Shown here: piece by piece, positions 27,791-42,900 of the stretch
Layout of the letters: each line of letters begins with the position of its first letter
Numbering within the stretch: the first letter of the stretch is position 1
From: the human T2T-CHM13v2.0 reference genome, Homo sapiens
Length of the DNA stretch: 64,000 nucleotides
Reading direction: 5' to 3' (one strand)
NCBI RefSeq assembly: GCF_009914755.1
Contig: NC_060947.1
Program-made: the position numbers and the translations under genes
The notes under the pieces: generated by a model
The model's database searches: none
The model's input: the letters and a program-made list of their open reading frames with translations, nothing else
What the model was told of the DNA's origin: nothing

Positions 27791-30700
27791 CTCACTGTCC
27801 TTGCCACAAACATGGGTCCTGTTGCTGAAGGGCTCACCAGGCACCATCCGCCACAGTTTGGCCTCTCAAGGCCCTTGGAGCCTTAGTTACTTGAAATTGT
27901 TGGGGTTTTTTTTTTCACTCCATTTTTTCTCCCTAAGAGGCCAACATTCCAATGAGGGATTTGCTTAATAGCATCCAACGGATGGGGCAGGAGCCACACA
28001 AGAGTACTGGGCTCTGAATCAGGAGAAAGACCAACTTTGCCCCTGGTCCTGCCATAAAATTGTCATGTGACCCAAGGCAGGTTGAATCCCCTCTCAGGGC
28101 CTTGGTTTCCACACCTGTTCAGACGCTATTCTTGGTCCTGGGCAGGGATCAGTGATGTATAAAATGCAAGAGTATCAAAGACTTAGTGATGGGCCCTTGA
28201 TCTCACTCTCCCCAGTGGAAGAAGGCCTGGCAATTTGAAAGCATTTCAGCTCCCCACCTTCTACTTGGAGATCATGAGTCTGCTGTAGCATTCACCACCA
28301 CCCTCAGCATTTGATTCCAGGACCAAGTAAGACCTCCATGCCAGGCGACGGCTCCTCACTGGCATGCCCTCCAACCAAACCCTCTCTCACTGAACATGCG
28401 TTAATGTCCTTTCCAATCACCCCTCTGAGATGACCTTGCCTTGCTTTTTCCTTCCCCTTCTCCTTCTTCCCCTCAGCACCCGCCCCCCCAGCTGACTATT
28501 GCTCTCAGAATGCCATTCTTCTTCACTCCTGACATAAGTAGCTGACCCATACCAACGAGTTGGCTTCTTCCCTGAATGCACAATTCTCCCCTTTAGCTTA
28601 CTTGGCATCCTCTGGCTTCTTTTTGTTGTGTTTTGTTTTTTTACATATTCAAAGAGATGAAAGGAACTCTGAAGATGAACTAGTTCAATTCCCTGCTTTT
28701 TTGGGGTGAGGAAACTGAAATTTGGGTAGAGCCAATGACTTGCCCAAGGTCACACAGACAGGTAGGGACAGAGCCAATACTCTAACCAGGCCTGTGTAAT
28801 TCCAGAGCCTCTGCTCTTTTACTCTGCTCCCTTGCCCTTTAGGCCTTGGCTCGCCAGCCACCATCACCATCCCCTTCTCCAAGTGTACCTCTTTTCCATG
28901 ACACACCTCTGAGCACTGATTCTGTTCTCTAATTGTTTGCTATGTGTGTATCTAGTTTTCCCAACAACAAAGCAGCCTGAGTGGTAAGGGGCTAACTCAT
29001 TCCTCTCACTTGAATGAGGTACAGAGGAGGGAAGTGACCTGCCTAAGGTCACACAGCTCATTAGTGATAGAATTGGGAACAGGATCTTGGTCTCCAAGCC
29101 TCCACTTGGGGCCACTCCCACTACACCACAATGCAGCACACCTCTCTTTCTCTCCCCATTTTCCCCTTCTGTGCTGTCGTGGAATTTTACAATCTTGTCC
29201 CTTTCTCTCTTCTTTATATTCTTCTCCTCATTCCTAACGTCTGCATTTTTCTTAACAAGCCTGCTGGATTTTAGAACTGGAAGGGACCTCTACCTATCAC
29301 TTAACAGACGAGAAAACTGAGACCAGGAGAGGGAAAACAGAGTGCCTGAAATCACACAGCTAATTAGTGGCACACCTGGGATGCAAGGCCAAGTCACCAG
29401 CTCCTAGTTCAGAGCTCTTCCAACCATCGTCTTTCGGTCTGTGCTCGATTTTTATGGCCGTTCTTGCTTGAAAAGCCCCCTTCCAGGCATGACCAGATCC
29501 AGCAAGATCTGAGAGTGCTTGGGCCCAGGGTCACACAATGTCCCTGGGGAAAAGTAGAAGGAGCTGAGAGGCCTGGAACCACCCACATCCTCTCACATCC
29601 CACCCCGGGAAGCCCAATTTGGCCTTGCTGAGGGCGGTGACTATCAAGTATGTGTTGAGATAAAGTCATAGCCTCTCCAATTCTCAGTTCATGGCCTAGA
29701 GAGTGGCGTCAAAGCCCAAATGGGCTGCAAAACGAGGTCAGTTAACTGTCCTCTCAATGGAAAAATCTTGGAAAATCAATAGCACTTATAACGTCAACAG
29801 ACCCAGAGACCTTTCCTTTGTTTGTTTTTTCCTCCTGGGCCGGTCTCTCTCACCCACCCTGCTGTGAAGGCACAGACAACACAGGAATCCAGCAAGGGAA
29901 GTTGCAAAGGCCAGACCACGGCTCCCAGGGCCCCTGGACCAATGGGGGACAAGGGGCATGCTGAGGTATAAATGACTTGTGAAGATCCTGGCCAAGTCCC
30001 TCCTTATTCCCCCAGGCAATGTTATTCAGATTCAAGGCCCTCCCTGGCAACTGGCACCTGGTTGGAAATAACCAGGAGCTACTCAAAACTCCAGTAGAGA
30101 TTCTGGAAGCTCAACCCTGTCCCAGCTTTGTCACACAGGGGTTTCGCTAAGTAAGAGAACAACCAGAAAGCCAATTAGACACCACCATGGGGTCTTCCTG
30201 CACTGGGAAGTGTCTGAGGCTCTCAGACTGGAGTGGATGTTGGCCCTTTTCCCAGACATCCTCCCCACTACACACCATGGGTATATTCTACCTTCCCTCC
30301 GTGCACAAAGAGGGTGGCTGCCTCCATGCTGCTTTTTTTCTTTTTTTTCAAACAGGCTTCTTCCTGCTCCCAAACTGGTCCTACTGCACAGCCTGTACTT
30401 TCTCCCATTAAATGAAGTCCTTCATATGAAAGTATTGTGAGTTGATTCCAACCTGGATTCATTTGACAAAAATTTATTGAGCCCCTACTTTGTGTCAGAC
30501 ACTGGTAGCTTTTCTCAACGTGTTTTGTGCTATCAAAGACCATTGCACCCCATGAGTTCCCATTGAGAAAACAGGGCCAGATCAATGGCAGATTTGTTGC
30601 TACCAGGCAGAGAAAGCTCAGCAAAGAGATGTGAATTTAGGTCCTGGGAATAAGTGTGTGCCATCGTGTGGGTCCCTGGACACTGGGATATTGATGCATG

Positions 30701-32714
30701 GGTGCCTGGGGTGGTGAGCTGAGAGATGCCCTTTCCATATGAACTCCTACGACCAGGAACAAACACTACATCCCAGATAAGTTGTCCTGGCTGGCTGCAA
30801 GGGGCAGAAGTGAGGACAATTCCAGGGCTTTCCATAGCTAAGAAACAACTGTGTCCTCTGGTCTTGGTCCTAGCAGCAGGGATCACTGCCTGTTGGCCTC
30901 CCAAGCAAGTCAAGGGACAGGCATTTTGGGAGAAGCAGCCCCGTCTTTTCTGATATGTCCCCTGGGCACCTGAGTTTGGTTCCCTTGCTGGTCAAGACAC
31001 ATCTAAAGCATTTAAAGGCAATTAGGTAGCTTTTCAGCGGAGAGTTTTCCTGGTTAAACACCCCATCCCTACCTCTTGAATGCATGAACAAAATTTTGCA
31101 GCTCATCTTCTCCTAGGCAAGGTCTTGGCCCTGTGCCTGCTCCCCCAACCCTGCCCTCTGGGTGATCTTGCTCAAGGACGCCAAGGGAGTTGGTGGTAGA
31201 GGCTGGGAGCACAGCCCAGGTTTCCTGGATCCTGGCCTGGCACTCTTGCCACCAGACCCCGCTGCCGCTCCCTCTCCTCTCTTGCCCTTTGTGCCCAGTC
31301 TGCACCTCCTGGAGGCACATGCCCCACACCCCACTAGTTTTCATGGGCGAGATGTTTCTATTCAACACCAGTTGGCAGTTCAGCCATATGGGGCATAGGG
31401 AGTCTGGCCTTCTGCTGCCCATGGGGCCAGACCTAGGTAAAGGGAGGGGGAGAACAGGCTACTCTGCTGGTCTGGGACCAGCAGAGCTGAGTCCTTAAGG
31501 CAGTAATTTTTACCAGGGGCTCTAAGTGTGGCCCATGAGCTTGGCTTCCCAGAGCTAGGGCCCGGTCACTGTGGGGTCCCCCCACCCCCACCCTTGTTGC
31601 CATGACACATGGTTCTACAAGTGCTGAGTGGCATTGTCAGAGCCGGATGCAAACGGCACGCAGCAGGGGCTAGCTGTGAGCCAGTTGGCCAGCTGACATT
31701 TCAGGGTCCAAAGAGCTTGTGTGTACCGGACAAGCTGTTTATTGTGGTCTTGGCACTGCCCGGCCCTTCAGACAGCAACAAATGCTCCCAAACTGGGAAA
31801 GGAGAGGAAATAAGGAATCAGTCGTAGCCAAAGAAGACCTGGACTCTCTTCCCTTACACCATTTGCTCCCTGCAGCTGACATGCTGCTGGTGCCAACCAT
31901 CGGAAGTGCCCTTCCAAGGGAACTGGAGGGGGCAAGCCCCACAAACCTCCATTCGTGAAGACCTACATCACAAATCGTGGAAATGCCCACGTCAGCATCC
32001 TCCTGACTACCCAGAGCTCAGAAGCTGCTGCTGAGGGAAGGTGAAGCAATGGGTATATGGACTAGGAATGAGGAATCTTGATGTCACAAGGTTAACTGGC
32101 ACTTCAATGCTGCAGGCTCCACACGCACACACGCACACACAGGCGCGTGCACACACACACATGCACCCTTTCAGGGAGATGGTCATAAATGGGCTGTGAT
32201 AAAAATGGTCCTTTCCAGTCCTGGCCTGGTCCTTCCAGATATACTCAAGGTTGACCACACACACGCTGGGGAAACTGTGGCAAGGGCATGCGTGTTGGAG
32301 CATAGGTGAGGTTCACAGGTGAGAAAAAGAAGACCCCACATGAGGGAAGCCAGGAAGCCAGAGTCTGGAGAAGTTGTGTGGTAGGTGGAGCTTCCCAGAA
32401 GACATTTATTTAGCCCCATGCCCAAGGGCCAGTCTAGTCTGTCCCATGGCCTGAGGGGAAGCCCTATCTGGGAGGGACAAAATCAGGGATAATGGGTTCA
32501 GCTCTGCCTCAGGCTCTTGACTTCTGCACCTCATTCCACCCAGGTTTGTAACTGCCAGGGCTGGACACACATAATTACTGAAGTGTCTTCTTAGTGTCCC
32601 GCTTGGGGTCTTTGATCTGTCTATGGTTGATCACATAGTCAGTCCTATCAGCCCAGTGGTGTGTGATCGACACGATTGATCATCACACATACACTGGGCA
32701 ATGGGAATGAATAC

Positions 32715-32970
32715 CAGCAGCTAACAGTCATTGAGCACCTGCTTTGTGCAAAACGTGGCTCAAAGCACTTCATATACAGTATATATGTTATCTCAATCAA
32801 CTTTCTCCAGACTCAGGAGGTCAATATTGTATGTATCACTTCCAGTTTGCAGAGGGGAAATCTGAGGCTCAGAGAGGCAAAGTAACTTACCCAAAGTCAT
32901 ACCGGGTAGAGAAAGTGGCTGACTAGGGATTCAAATTGAGGTCTGGCTGGCTCCAAAGCCTGAGCTCATT
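32715..32970 (-). mobile_element. MIR
   Basis: TTGAGCACCTGCTTTGTGC...TGAGGCTCAGAGAGGCAAAGTAACTTACCCAAAGTCA. Confidence 0.8.
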
Positions 32971-33058
32971 ACGCTTCAGGGCCACTTGTGACTAAGCATA
33001 TGAGCATGCCCATTTGTAGAAGAAGCCTCAGGGAAGGAAAGAACAGTAAGAGAGATCG

Positions 33059-33459
<401 letters not shown>

Positions 33460-35014
33460 CTAAGATTATCTAAGTTTGTGGCCTTGTCCCTCTTGGTAAC
33501 CCCCATAGCAACCAAAACTGGTGTCTGCCATTTCACTGGTACTCATTCAGCCAAACTCTGCTAAAGAATGAATAAGCTCAACATGGCAACCTTGGGAAAT
33601 ACACACAGACCAAGTTACTGCCTCCCACTTGGTAAGACCCAAGCTTTAAAGTGAGTTTCCCCAGAGTCCGGGTCACCAGACATTACTTAAGCCCCAAGCA
33701 CATGACAGGCATTGGGAGTAGGGAGATGAACATCACAAGGATCCTGCCCTTGAGGTGTGGCCAGGCTGGCAGGGGAGATGTTAGGTTTGCCTAAGCCATC
33801 TCCAGGGGTCTACTGAGGTGTGGGCTATGGTTAGGGAAGAGAATGAAGCCCCTAGACCTCCTCAGGGATGAGGTTGTTGCCTTCAGCTCCCAGAACTCAG
33901 CACTGCCACTCACAGAACTAGGCAGCCCCACTGGCATCTTTCTCCCTGGGGTTGCTTCTACAAACGCAGCTCAGAGCTGCCTTTTGGGGCTATGCTGGCC
34001 ACTTTAGCTGGCAAATTGGGAGCCTGAAATGAGTGAGGACTGGGAGAAGGGGCGAAGCCACCGTAGATCCCCCTTTCCCTTTCTTTCTTAGTGTGTGGCA
34101 GTGAAGCCCCCTCAACCACACCCCAGCAAGGGGAGAACAACTTTCCTCAGAGCTCTCCCCCACTCCCACATTGTCTCCTCCCACTCTGGGAAGCCCAAGG
34201 CTTAGAGAAATGAATCCAAGTCATTAACTAATTAATGAATATGGATGGCAAAGTTGCTGAGGTTGCTGGAAAACACCCTGTTGCCGCCAACACACACAGC
34301 GCAGCCAGGCACCCGCCTCCCACCATGGGCGAAAGGAGGCTAAGGAGAAACTATTGGACTGTATCTTCCTAAGGCTCTAGCTGCAGCAGAAGCGCCCACA
34401 ACGCAGCAGCCCCTTGCTCAGTGCCTGGAGACCAACTCATGGGTAACACATCCCTTTGCAAGAACGGCCTCCTCCAATCCAGCTGGGGCAGCAATCTGCT
34501 CACTTGCTCAGCATCAAGGGTACTCTCTGTGGTCCAAGGAATTCTGTCTGTAGGGCTAGCCCAGTGCAAAGTGCAAGGCTGCAGGAGATGGATGGATGGA
34601 GATAGGAAAAGGGGAGAGAAAAGGAGAAGGAGAGACTGAGAGGCACACACAGCTGGCAAGAGCCCATCTCCAGCTGTTGGGCGGGCTGTTTCCTTTGATA
34701 AAGCACTTGGCAGTACTCCCAGTTCTGTAGTTTCTGGCCTGCGAAAGCACACCCGGAGCACGAGCCTGCCTGTGGGAGGACTTCAGCCTTGCTTTGTTTT
34801 CTTTCTTTCCTTTTTTTAAGCTTTAGAAAAGGCCCCTCCCCTCCCAAGGAACCTTGTCCCTCCCCCAACACCTCGGCAAAGTGAAGTTGCACCAGCAGGT
34901 GATGTGGGCTGGGCTTCCGGGTGCCTTCACAGAAAGTCAGTGCCACAGAGCCATGTTAAAGGGCTTGGGACGGGTGTGCAGTTAAGTCTCAGCATATACT
35001 TTCAGGCACATGTA

Positions 35015-35017
<3 letters not shown>

Positions 35018-35070
<53 letters not shown>

Positions 35071-35160
35071 TGTGTGCGCGCGCGCGCGGTGTTTAGGAAG
35101 GGGGGAGGGAGCGGGGGAGGGAGGGAGAGAGAGAGAAAGAGAGAGAGGGAGAGAGACTGA
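35018..35160. repeat. Compound microsatellite (GA)n-(GT)n-(GC)n followed by a G/A-rich purine tract
   Basis: (GA)n 35018-35068, alternating RY 35068-35088, purine tract ~35095-35157. Confidence 0.95.
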
Positions 35161-36898
35161 GTTGTGTGTGTCTGAGAGGCTCTGCTTGTTTGTTGTGGTT
35201 GATGCTGCCTTCTGTGTGGCACATCACCACTGTTCTCCCCGCCGAGGCTCCTTTCAGCTCACTAATGCTTCCCTGGAAGGCCTGGGAAATAGAGGGAGTC
35301 CCCATGTCACAAGATCACACAGAACAACAAGCCTCTCTGCCCGCTGGTCTTCTGGCTTTGTGGAAGTCCGTCTCTCCCCCTTCACCCTCCTTCATAAAAG
35401 GAGCAAGGGGACTTGAAGGCATCCAAGGTCCCTTGCAGGGACCAGAGCCTGTAATATGGCAAGTCTGCCTGCCCCCTCCCTGCATTTACAGTCCAATGAC
35501 CCAACGGCCCCAGACCCCAGACAGTTTAACCAGCCCACGCACGTCCTCCCTGCGAGTTTCCCAGATTCCTGAGGGGAACCTGATCCCGCCCTGGGATCAG
35601 TATGGGCTCTTCACATCATCCGCGAGAGATCCCTGCTCCTCGGGAGCCCCGAGAGCAGCGCCCGTTCCCACAGGCTGCCAGCCCCACAGCACCTGTGGTT
35701 GGGAGGCGACCTCCCAGAGTCAGTGGTGAGGCCGCCCAGGGAGAGGGCCCTGTGGCCGGGTGGGAAACACGAGCAGAAGCGACAGAACTTCCCCCTGCCA
35801 GCCCAGGCTGCCAGGATAGCCCTGGACACTGCCCCGTCTGACCCGCTGCCCCACCACGCCCATCCAAGGCTGGAACCAGAGCGGCCCTTGGCCCTGAGCT
35901 ACGGGAGAAGCCAGTTCCGAAGAAGAAAAGGCGGCACAACGACAAACACAGCCTGGGAACTTTGCACCAGCTTCCACACTGGAAGGCCTCAAACGTCCCT
36001 TGTTCCAAACAACCCCCCATACCCCCAACAAAAGTATTTACCTCATGAAGAAAGGGAGGGCGCTAGACTCACAGAACAGACAGCAGAGCCAGAAGGGCGA
36101 TCATCTAGTCTGACCCTTTCATCTTACATATGGGGAAACTGAGGCCCACAGTGAGGAAGAGACTTTTGCTGGCTAGCAGAAGAACTGGCAGTAGAAGTCA
36201 AGGTACTTCCCCAAACACTTCCAGGTCCTAGCCATGGTTGAAAGAAGATATACCAACCTGAGGCCCAAGCAGGTATTTCGGGCCCCAGAAGCAGTAGTCC
36301 TGGCTCCAGAGTTGGATTTGTGAGCTGAGGATGGCCAGGATGCTTGTGTGGTGCAGGGAGCACTCTAGACCCCTTTACTTGTCAATAGACATGCCTGTTG
36401 ACACTGCTGGGCCAGGTGGGCATCACATGTAGGGCTCGATGTCAAGCCTGAGCTGGATTGAAGACCTTTGCTCTTCCCTGCCCTCATTCTTTCTAGAGTG
36501 CTCTTCCTACCCAGGGCTCAAGCTCTGGAAGGGAGGGGAAGCATGGCCCTAGTTTTTCCACTGGTTGTGGGTGAGGGGGGAATCAACAGGGGAACAAACC
36601 CAGGTCTGTAGCCTTTACCACTCCTTTGGGATTCAGATCCCACCTTGCTCCTTCCCAGTCCAGATGTAGTAATACTCCACTTGAGGCCCAAGTGTGTAGC
36701 CTGAAATAAGTGCAAGAGAAGTGGGTGGGTGGGAGTGCCCACCAGCTTTGAGAAGGTGATAAGCCATGGGAAACTTTCTTAACATTTAAGCCTACTCCGT
36801 GGCCAGACTGTAGGTAGATGGTAAGGTTCACTAAGCTGACCCAGGTATGCCCAGGCCAAAATTAAATCAATCAGGTCGATCGATTTAATACATGCTCA

Positions 36899-37307
<409 letters not shown>

Positions 37308-40300
37308 TTACACACATGCTGTGAAACCTATTCTAACCACTTTTATTCTTGTTCTTGTTAATGACTGTGATACACATGAAACACTTAGAACAAGGTCTTC
37401 TTTGGCCTTCCACACATGAAATTCTGCACCAAGATTCCAGACAGTTGCAACTGCCACCTAATTCCTCCTAAAGCCAGAGCCCATCATTTTATAGGATATT
37501 TTGGTTTGTGCTATTTTGCTCCTGTGGATGTATTCCTTTATAATTGTTCTTGAGTGATTTTTTCCATGTATATCCCATCTCTCTAACTTGACCCAAAGCT
37601 TCTGAAGGGTGGGAAGCAGGCTTTTGGTGTTCTTTTTATGCTCCCCTCCTCCCTTCTCCTGTGGCACCCAGTACAGTTGTGTGGGCAAGAAGATGGTCTC
37701 AATGGTGCTTTTTCAACTCAGTAATAACAATTGGGGAGGCCAGTATAATTTCTGAATTCATCTGCAAAGTGCATCCAGTGATGACGGAAATCTGCAGCTG
37801 GATGTATCCGTTGCAGCAAAGAAAGAGCTATTCTTGAAGGGAGGGCCACCCAAAGCCAGCATGTGAGTTGACTTAACCACCCCCTCCCTGTCCCATCTTG
37901 ATGAAATAACAAATAAGTAGTTGGGACAAGGGTGGGGTGCCTCACATCAAGCAGCCATTAAGCCTAGGAGCTGGACATTCCATTCCATCCCAGCATCCTC
38001 TCCTCTGTTTCATCCATCTCTTTGGCAAGAGGATTTTAGGCTGATTTCTAGGTTCCTTTCCAGAAGTGGCAGTCTCCCCGAATCTGGCCACTTGACTACA
38101 TCAGATCCAAAGAGAGTTACTGATAGGAAATCACTTGAAACTAGATATCATGTTTGTTCATTAATGTGTATTAGCATATACCTTGTTTATGGGTTTACCT
38201 ATGAGAAGATACAAGGGGACTGGTTTTGGTGGTGGACACACATTTATGGATGGGAGCTGTGAATAATTAGGAATACTTTACCTAAAATACCCTTCAAATC
38301 AGAACTGTCTCTAGTTTGTACTTCTCTCCTGCTTTGCAAGTTGCTTTACAGACTGACTAGCTTGAAATTTTAAATTTCTAACATGAAGAATACAAAAGTA
38401 GCCTGCGACCTATATTATAGCTGAAGACTGAGAATTTAGCTAATATCTTGAAAGAGAGAACCACTTACTATTAACCAAGTCATTAATTAGGGTCATGTTT
38501 GCACTTCAATTGTCAGCTCCAAACATCCGTTTGTTTAAACCAAGGTCACTTTAGTTTATTACAGTTATAGCCACTGGTGAGATAATCTGCTTAGATTTCA
38601 CAAGTATGTGTGAATTGCCTACCTCAGCCCTTATTTTCACAGAATAAGAGTTCTCTTGAAGGCACAGGGTCAGAGTAAAGAAAATAAATGATTTTCCTTC
38701 TCAATAGAACTAAAAACAAGGCTTTAATTAATTCACCAAAATTCTAGGATTGAATATCTATATTACATTTCTTGATGATGTTAAACTGTCCAAGTGTGAC
38801 CCACAGGATTCCCATTGATCCAAGAACAATCTTTAGGCAGACATTTCATTGGCTTGGAGATTGTTTCCCAATCATTGAGCCCTGCAATTCTCACTGGTGG
38901 AGTCACCCCCGCTTTGTTGGAAGAGACTGCAGGTGGCCTGGGAGAGGGGGCACCTCTCTCTGTATCTTATGAAACAGAGAAAGGAGGGACACATGGTACA
39001 AAATATCTCCCTAAGAAGGAAGAAGCAGAGGCAAAGAACTAAGGAGGTCTGGGAGTGCAGAAAAGGGAAGAGGGGCCAAGACGGTTCTCCCAGGCAGGCC
39101 CAAGATTGAGGACAGTCCAGACATATACACTCTCACTAGACAGACAAGACAGACAGACACACACACACAGACATACACACACACTCATGCATGCACACAC
39201 AGGCAGGCACACATACCTCCTTCACATATGCCTTGGTCATCCTGACTCTCCAGGAGTACTACTTCCATATACAGGATTTGACTCAGATAGAGTCACACAC
39301 AGAAGAACACCAACCCTCCCAGATGCTATACTTCCAGCTGTCCCTTCACAAACACAGGTAGGCCCCCATAAGTATATTTACCATACATTTTTCCATACCT
39401 TTTTTGCATACAGCATAACAGCTGTTTTTTTACGTACACCCTCATCACTCCTCAAGTCCCTTCCACCCACTCAAGTCCTGACATATGTACGGAGTTACAC
39501 ATACACACATTCATGTGTGTCCTCCTTCCCAACAAAGGCAAAAGGAGTCTGCGCTCAATACATTCTTTGTTCTTTCTTACTTGGTGGATTACATTTGAAG
39601 GAGTGACTGGACAGCTAGGTGAACTGGATAAATACTTTTTCCAATGTTTCTTAGCATGATGGAAAAGTCCATCAAGGACATTTGAAATCCCTCACAGAGT
39701 TCACTCCCTTGGCCTATAGACAAGACACCAGTGGTAACCTTTAGTGACTGCCAAAAGCTTCTAAGATTCTCTTAGTCCTGCTATGCTAGCTGACCTTTGC
39801 AAGGAATCTTGGGTATTCCAAACTAAGAACATTTAGTATAAGAAACAAAACAAAAACAAAATCTTTCCCTGATGGTTAAGAACAATATGAAAGTATCTGT
39901 CCAAATTAGCAGGCCTGGCCTGCGGCAAGATGGTGAAGAAAGAAAAGTTGACGTGAAAGCCCACTCCATTGTGTGTCCTCTTGCAGCTTGCTTAGTCCCC
40001 CTTATCACACACGCCCTGGGACCACATCTTGTCCCCTGCCAGGCTTACTCTGTTCTGGCCAAAGACTCCTAAAACTGGGAAAAGGACTTTTGGATTTGAC
40101 TAGAAGGAAGTCATGGGGAAGCTTAGAAAGAGAAGTGGGTCTGTCAGATCTAAGCAGAATGTAGTGTGACATCTAAGTGGTGGGCACTGTGATCTACGCA
40201 GTGCAGTGTGCACAGAAAACCTAGCGACCAGTGAGTTTTTACCCAGTCCCGCTAGCCTGCCCATTAAAAAGTTCAAATGTGGCTTGGCTGAAAAGCAATC

Positions 40301-40899
40301 AGATCTGTTATTGACACTGTTTCATTCTGAATAGCACAGAGGACTAAAGGCTTTCTTTACTTAGTTCATTAGTTAGCTAACAAGCATTTTTCAAGCACCT
40401 ACTGTGCATGGAGCACTGTCCCAGACACTCGGCTGTTGCCGTTGCTGCTCTGCTATTGAATTTCTAAATACAGGCTGTTGCCAGACATCCAATTTTCTGA
40501 GTGCTTGCTCTGACAGGGAACAATGACTAATGAACCAAACATCAGGGAGGGCCCTCTGATCTCCAGCACAGAACATGCCCATAAAGGCAGATTCTAATTT
40601 GTTCAGCAAGCAGCTGCCAATTCTTCTGGGATCTTAATTACCTGGAGCAGTTTATGTGGGTGAATCCCCTTGGGAGAGAAACCCTGAACCCTGTCTTTCT
40701 CATACCCTATCATACCCCAGGCCCTATAAGTGGCTTTAACTCTCAGCCACTGCATATGTGTCCAAGGTCCAGGCCACAGCAGTTCACCAGATAGGCATTC
40801 CAGGCACTGCCCACGGCCTTCTTCACACCCCTGCACACACACCCCTGGACACACCCCTTCACACATGCACATACATGGAGGGAGCTGTATGTAAATAGT

Positions 40900-41070
40900 G
40901 GAAAACTCAATGGGCTGCAAGTCAAGAGACAGGAATTTCAATCCAACTCTGCTTCTTCTCCGTGTGACCTTGGGCAAGACTTTTTCTATCTCTGGGCTTC
41001 TATTTCCACTTCTGGAAAATGAGGGGCTGGACTAGATAATCTCTATGAGCCTTTCCAATTCTAGCACTTG
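40900..41070 (+). mobile_element. MIR (MIR3/MIRc-like)
   Basis: GTGTGACCTTGGGCAAG...AAAATGAGGGGCTGGACTAGATAATCTCTA. Confidence 0.75.
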
Positions 41071-41801
41071 AAATTCTGCTCCTCAGAATGAAATGAGATT
41101 CAAGTGAGCTGTGTGACAAGATCAGATTTGTGGCGTGGGGATGAGATAAGGTAGGGCCAGTGGTCAGCTCAGAAGCCCCAGAAGTCACCATCATGGAGAA
41201 GGAAAAATCGCTGCCTCCTTGGGTCAGCCCTTCCCAAAGTTCCATACTGCTTCTGAAATGGTTCACAAATAAGGCTGGTGGATCTGGGGCACGGTGGGAT
41301 CTTCCTCCCTTCTGCCTCATCTCCCTCCCCTTTCATTCCTTTTATAACCCTTGTTCCAACTCTTGTTCCCTTTAACCAGCCCATCAGCTCACACCGACTA
41401 GTTCTCTTAGCAAACTCTTCAGAAAGGCCAGCGATTAAATGATCTCAAGAGTCTCCCGAGTCTGTAAAATGTAAATAACAGCCCCTGCCCTGGCGGCCTT
41501 CACAGGCTTTCCAGAGGATCAAATAAGATAGAGTCTGTGAAAGTGCTTTAGAAATTGTCAAGTGCTATGCAAATGCGAGGGATTATTATTAATGATGGGT
41601 GGGGAGGCAGCCACATGATGTGAGAAGCAGAGTGCCAACCTGTCTGCTTTGCTTACCATCTTAATTGGGTAAAGGCATTGGCATTGCCAGCCTATAGCCA
41701 GCTTGTAGTAGGGACAGTTATTTGCTTAGCATCCTCCCCTACTGGACCCCGTCTGCTAGCAGAGGGCAGAGCCAGAGGGAAGAGGAGAAAAGGACAGGAC
41801 A

Positions 41802-41925
41802 GGTCAGGTGCGGTGGCTCATGCCTGTGATCCCAGCATTTTGGGAGGCCGAAGCGGTTGTATCACCTGATGTCAGGAGTTCAAGACCAGCCTGGCCAACA
41901 TGGTGAAACCCTGTCTCTACTAAAA

Positions 41926-41966
<41 letters not shown>

Positions 41967-42141
41967 TTAGCCGGGCGTAGTGGTAGGCACCTGTAATCCC
42001 AGCTACTCAGGAGCTGAGGCAGGAGATTGATTGAACCTGGGAGGCAGATGTTGCAGTAAGCTGAGATCACACCATTGCACTCCAGCCTGGGTGACAGAGC
42101 GAGACTCTGTCTCAAAAAAAGAAAAGAAAAGAAAAGTAAAA
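41802..42141 (+). mobile_element. Alu (AluSx-like) with a (CA)n microsatellite in the central A-rich linker
   Basis: Dimer; (CA)n at ~41928-41964. Confidence 0.95.
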
Positions 42142-42192
42142 GACAGGAGGACAGGAGGTGGTTAATTCTGATATGGAGAGAGAAAGGCCTAG

Positions 42193-42333
<141 letters not shown>

Positions 42334-42743
42334 TAAAATAGAATATCACATAGAAAATCCAATTTATAAAACAGACAAAAGCAGAGCTACTCAGGGTGAA
42401 GTTGGGGTGATGGGCATGGGGTCCCACTGGCTGAATCCTCCACTTGTCCTTGAGATCACTCCAGTGGCACACACTGTAATTGGGAGTGTTGAGCAGGAGC
42501 CCTTGCTTAACACCTGGTGCTCCCAAGCATCTCCAGGGGGCAGCCACAGCCTCGACGCTGGAGGAGTTGGGGTGCAGGGCACAGAAAAGGAGGGAGAGAA
42601 TGCTATACAAAGGCAGACAGAGTTACCTACTCAGCAGCTTCATCGAGTCTCCCCACAACAGGCCTACATCCTCCGGTTACCCTAGAATGGGGTTGCAGCT
42701 TTAGCAATCGGTACTGGAAGGCCTATTAAAAATGTGGATCCAA

Positions 42744-42900
42744 GGGGGGCATGGTGGCATGTGCCTGTAGTCCCAGCTATTTGGGAGGCTGAGGCAGGAG
42801 GATTGCTTGAGCCCAGGAGTTCGATGTTATTGTATGCTATGACTGCACCTGTGAATAGCCACTGTACTCCAGCCTGGGCAACATAGCAACATAATAATAA
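42744..42900 (+). mobile_element. FAM/FRAM-like Alu monomer with TSD TAAAAATGTGGAT
   Basis: Right-arm-like monomer with the direct repeat on both sides. Confidence 0.85.

Noticed and set aside
34904-35729. 170-aa and 187-aa plus-strand ORFs, including an ER dipeptide run
   Set aside because: They arise from the (GA)n microsatellite and GC-rich sequence; no coding signal or domain.
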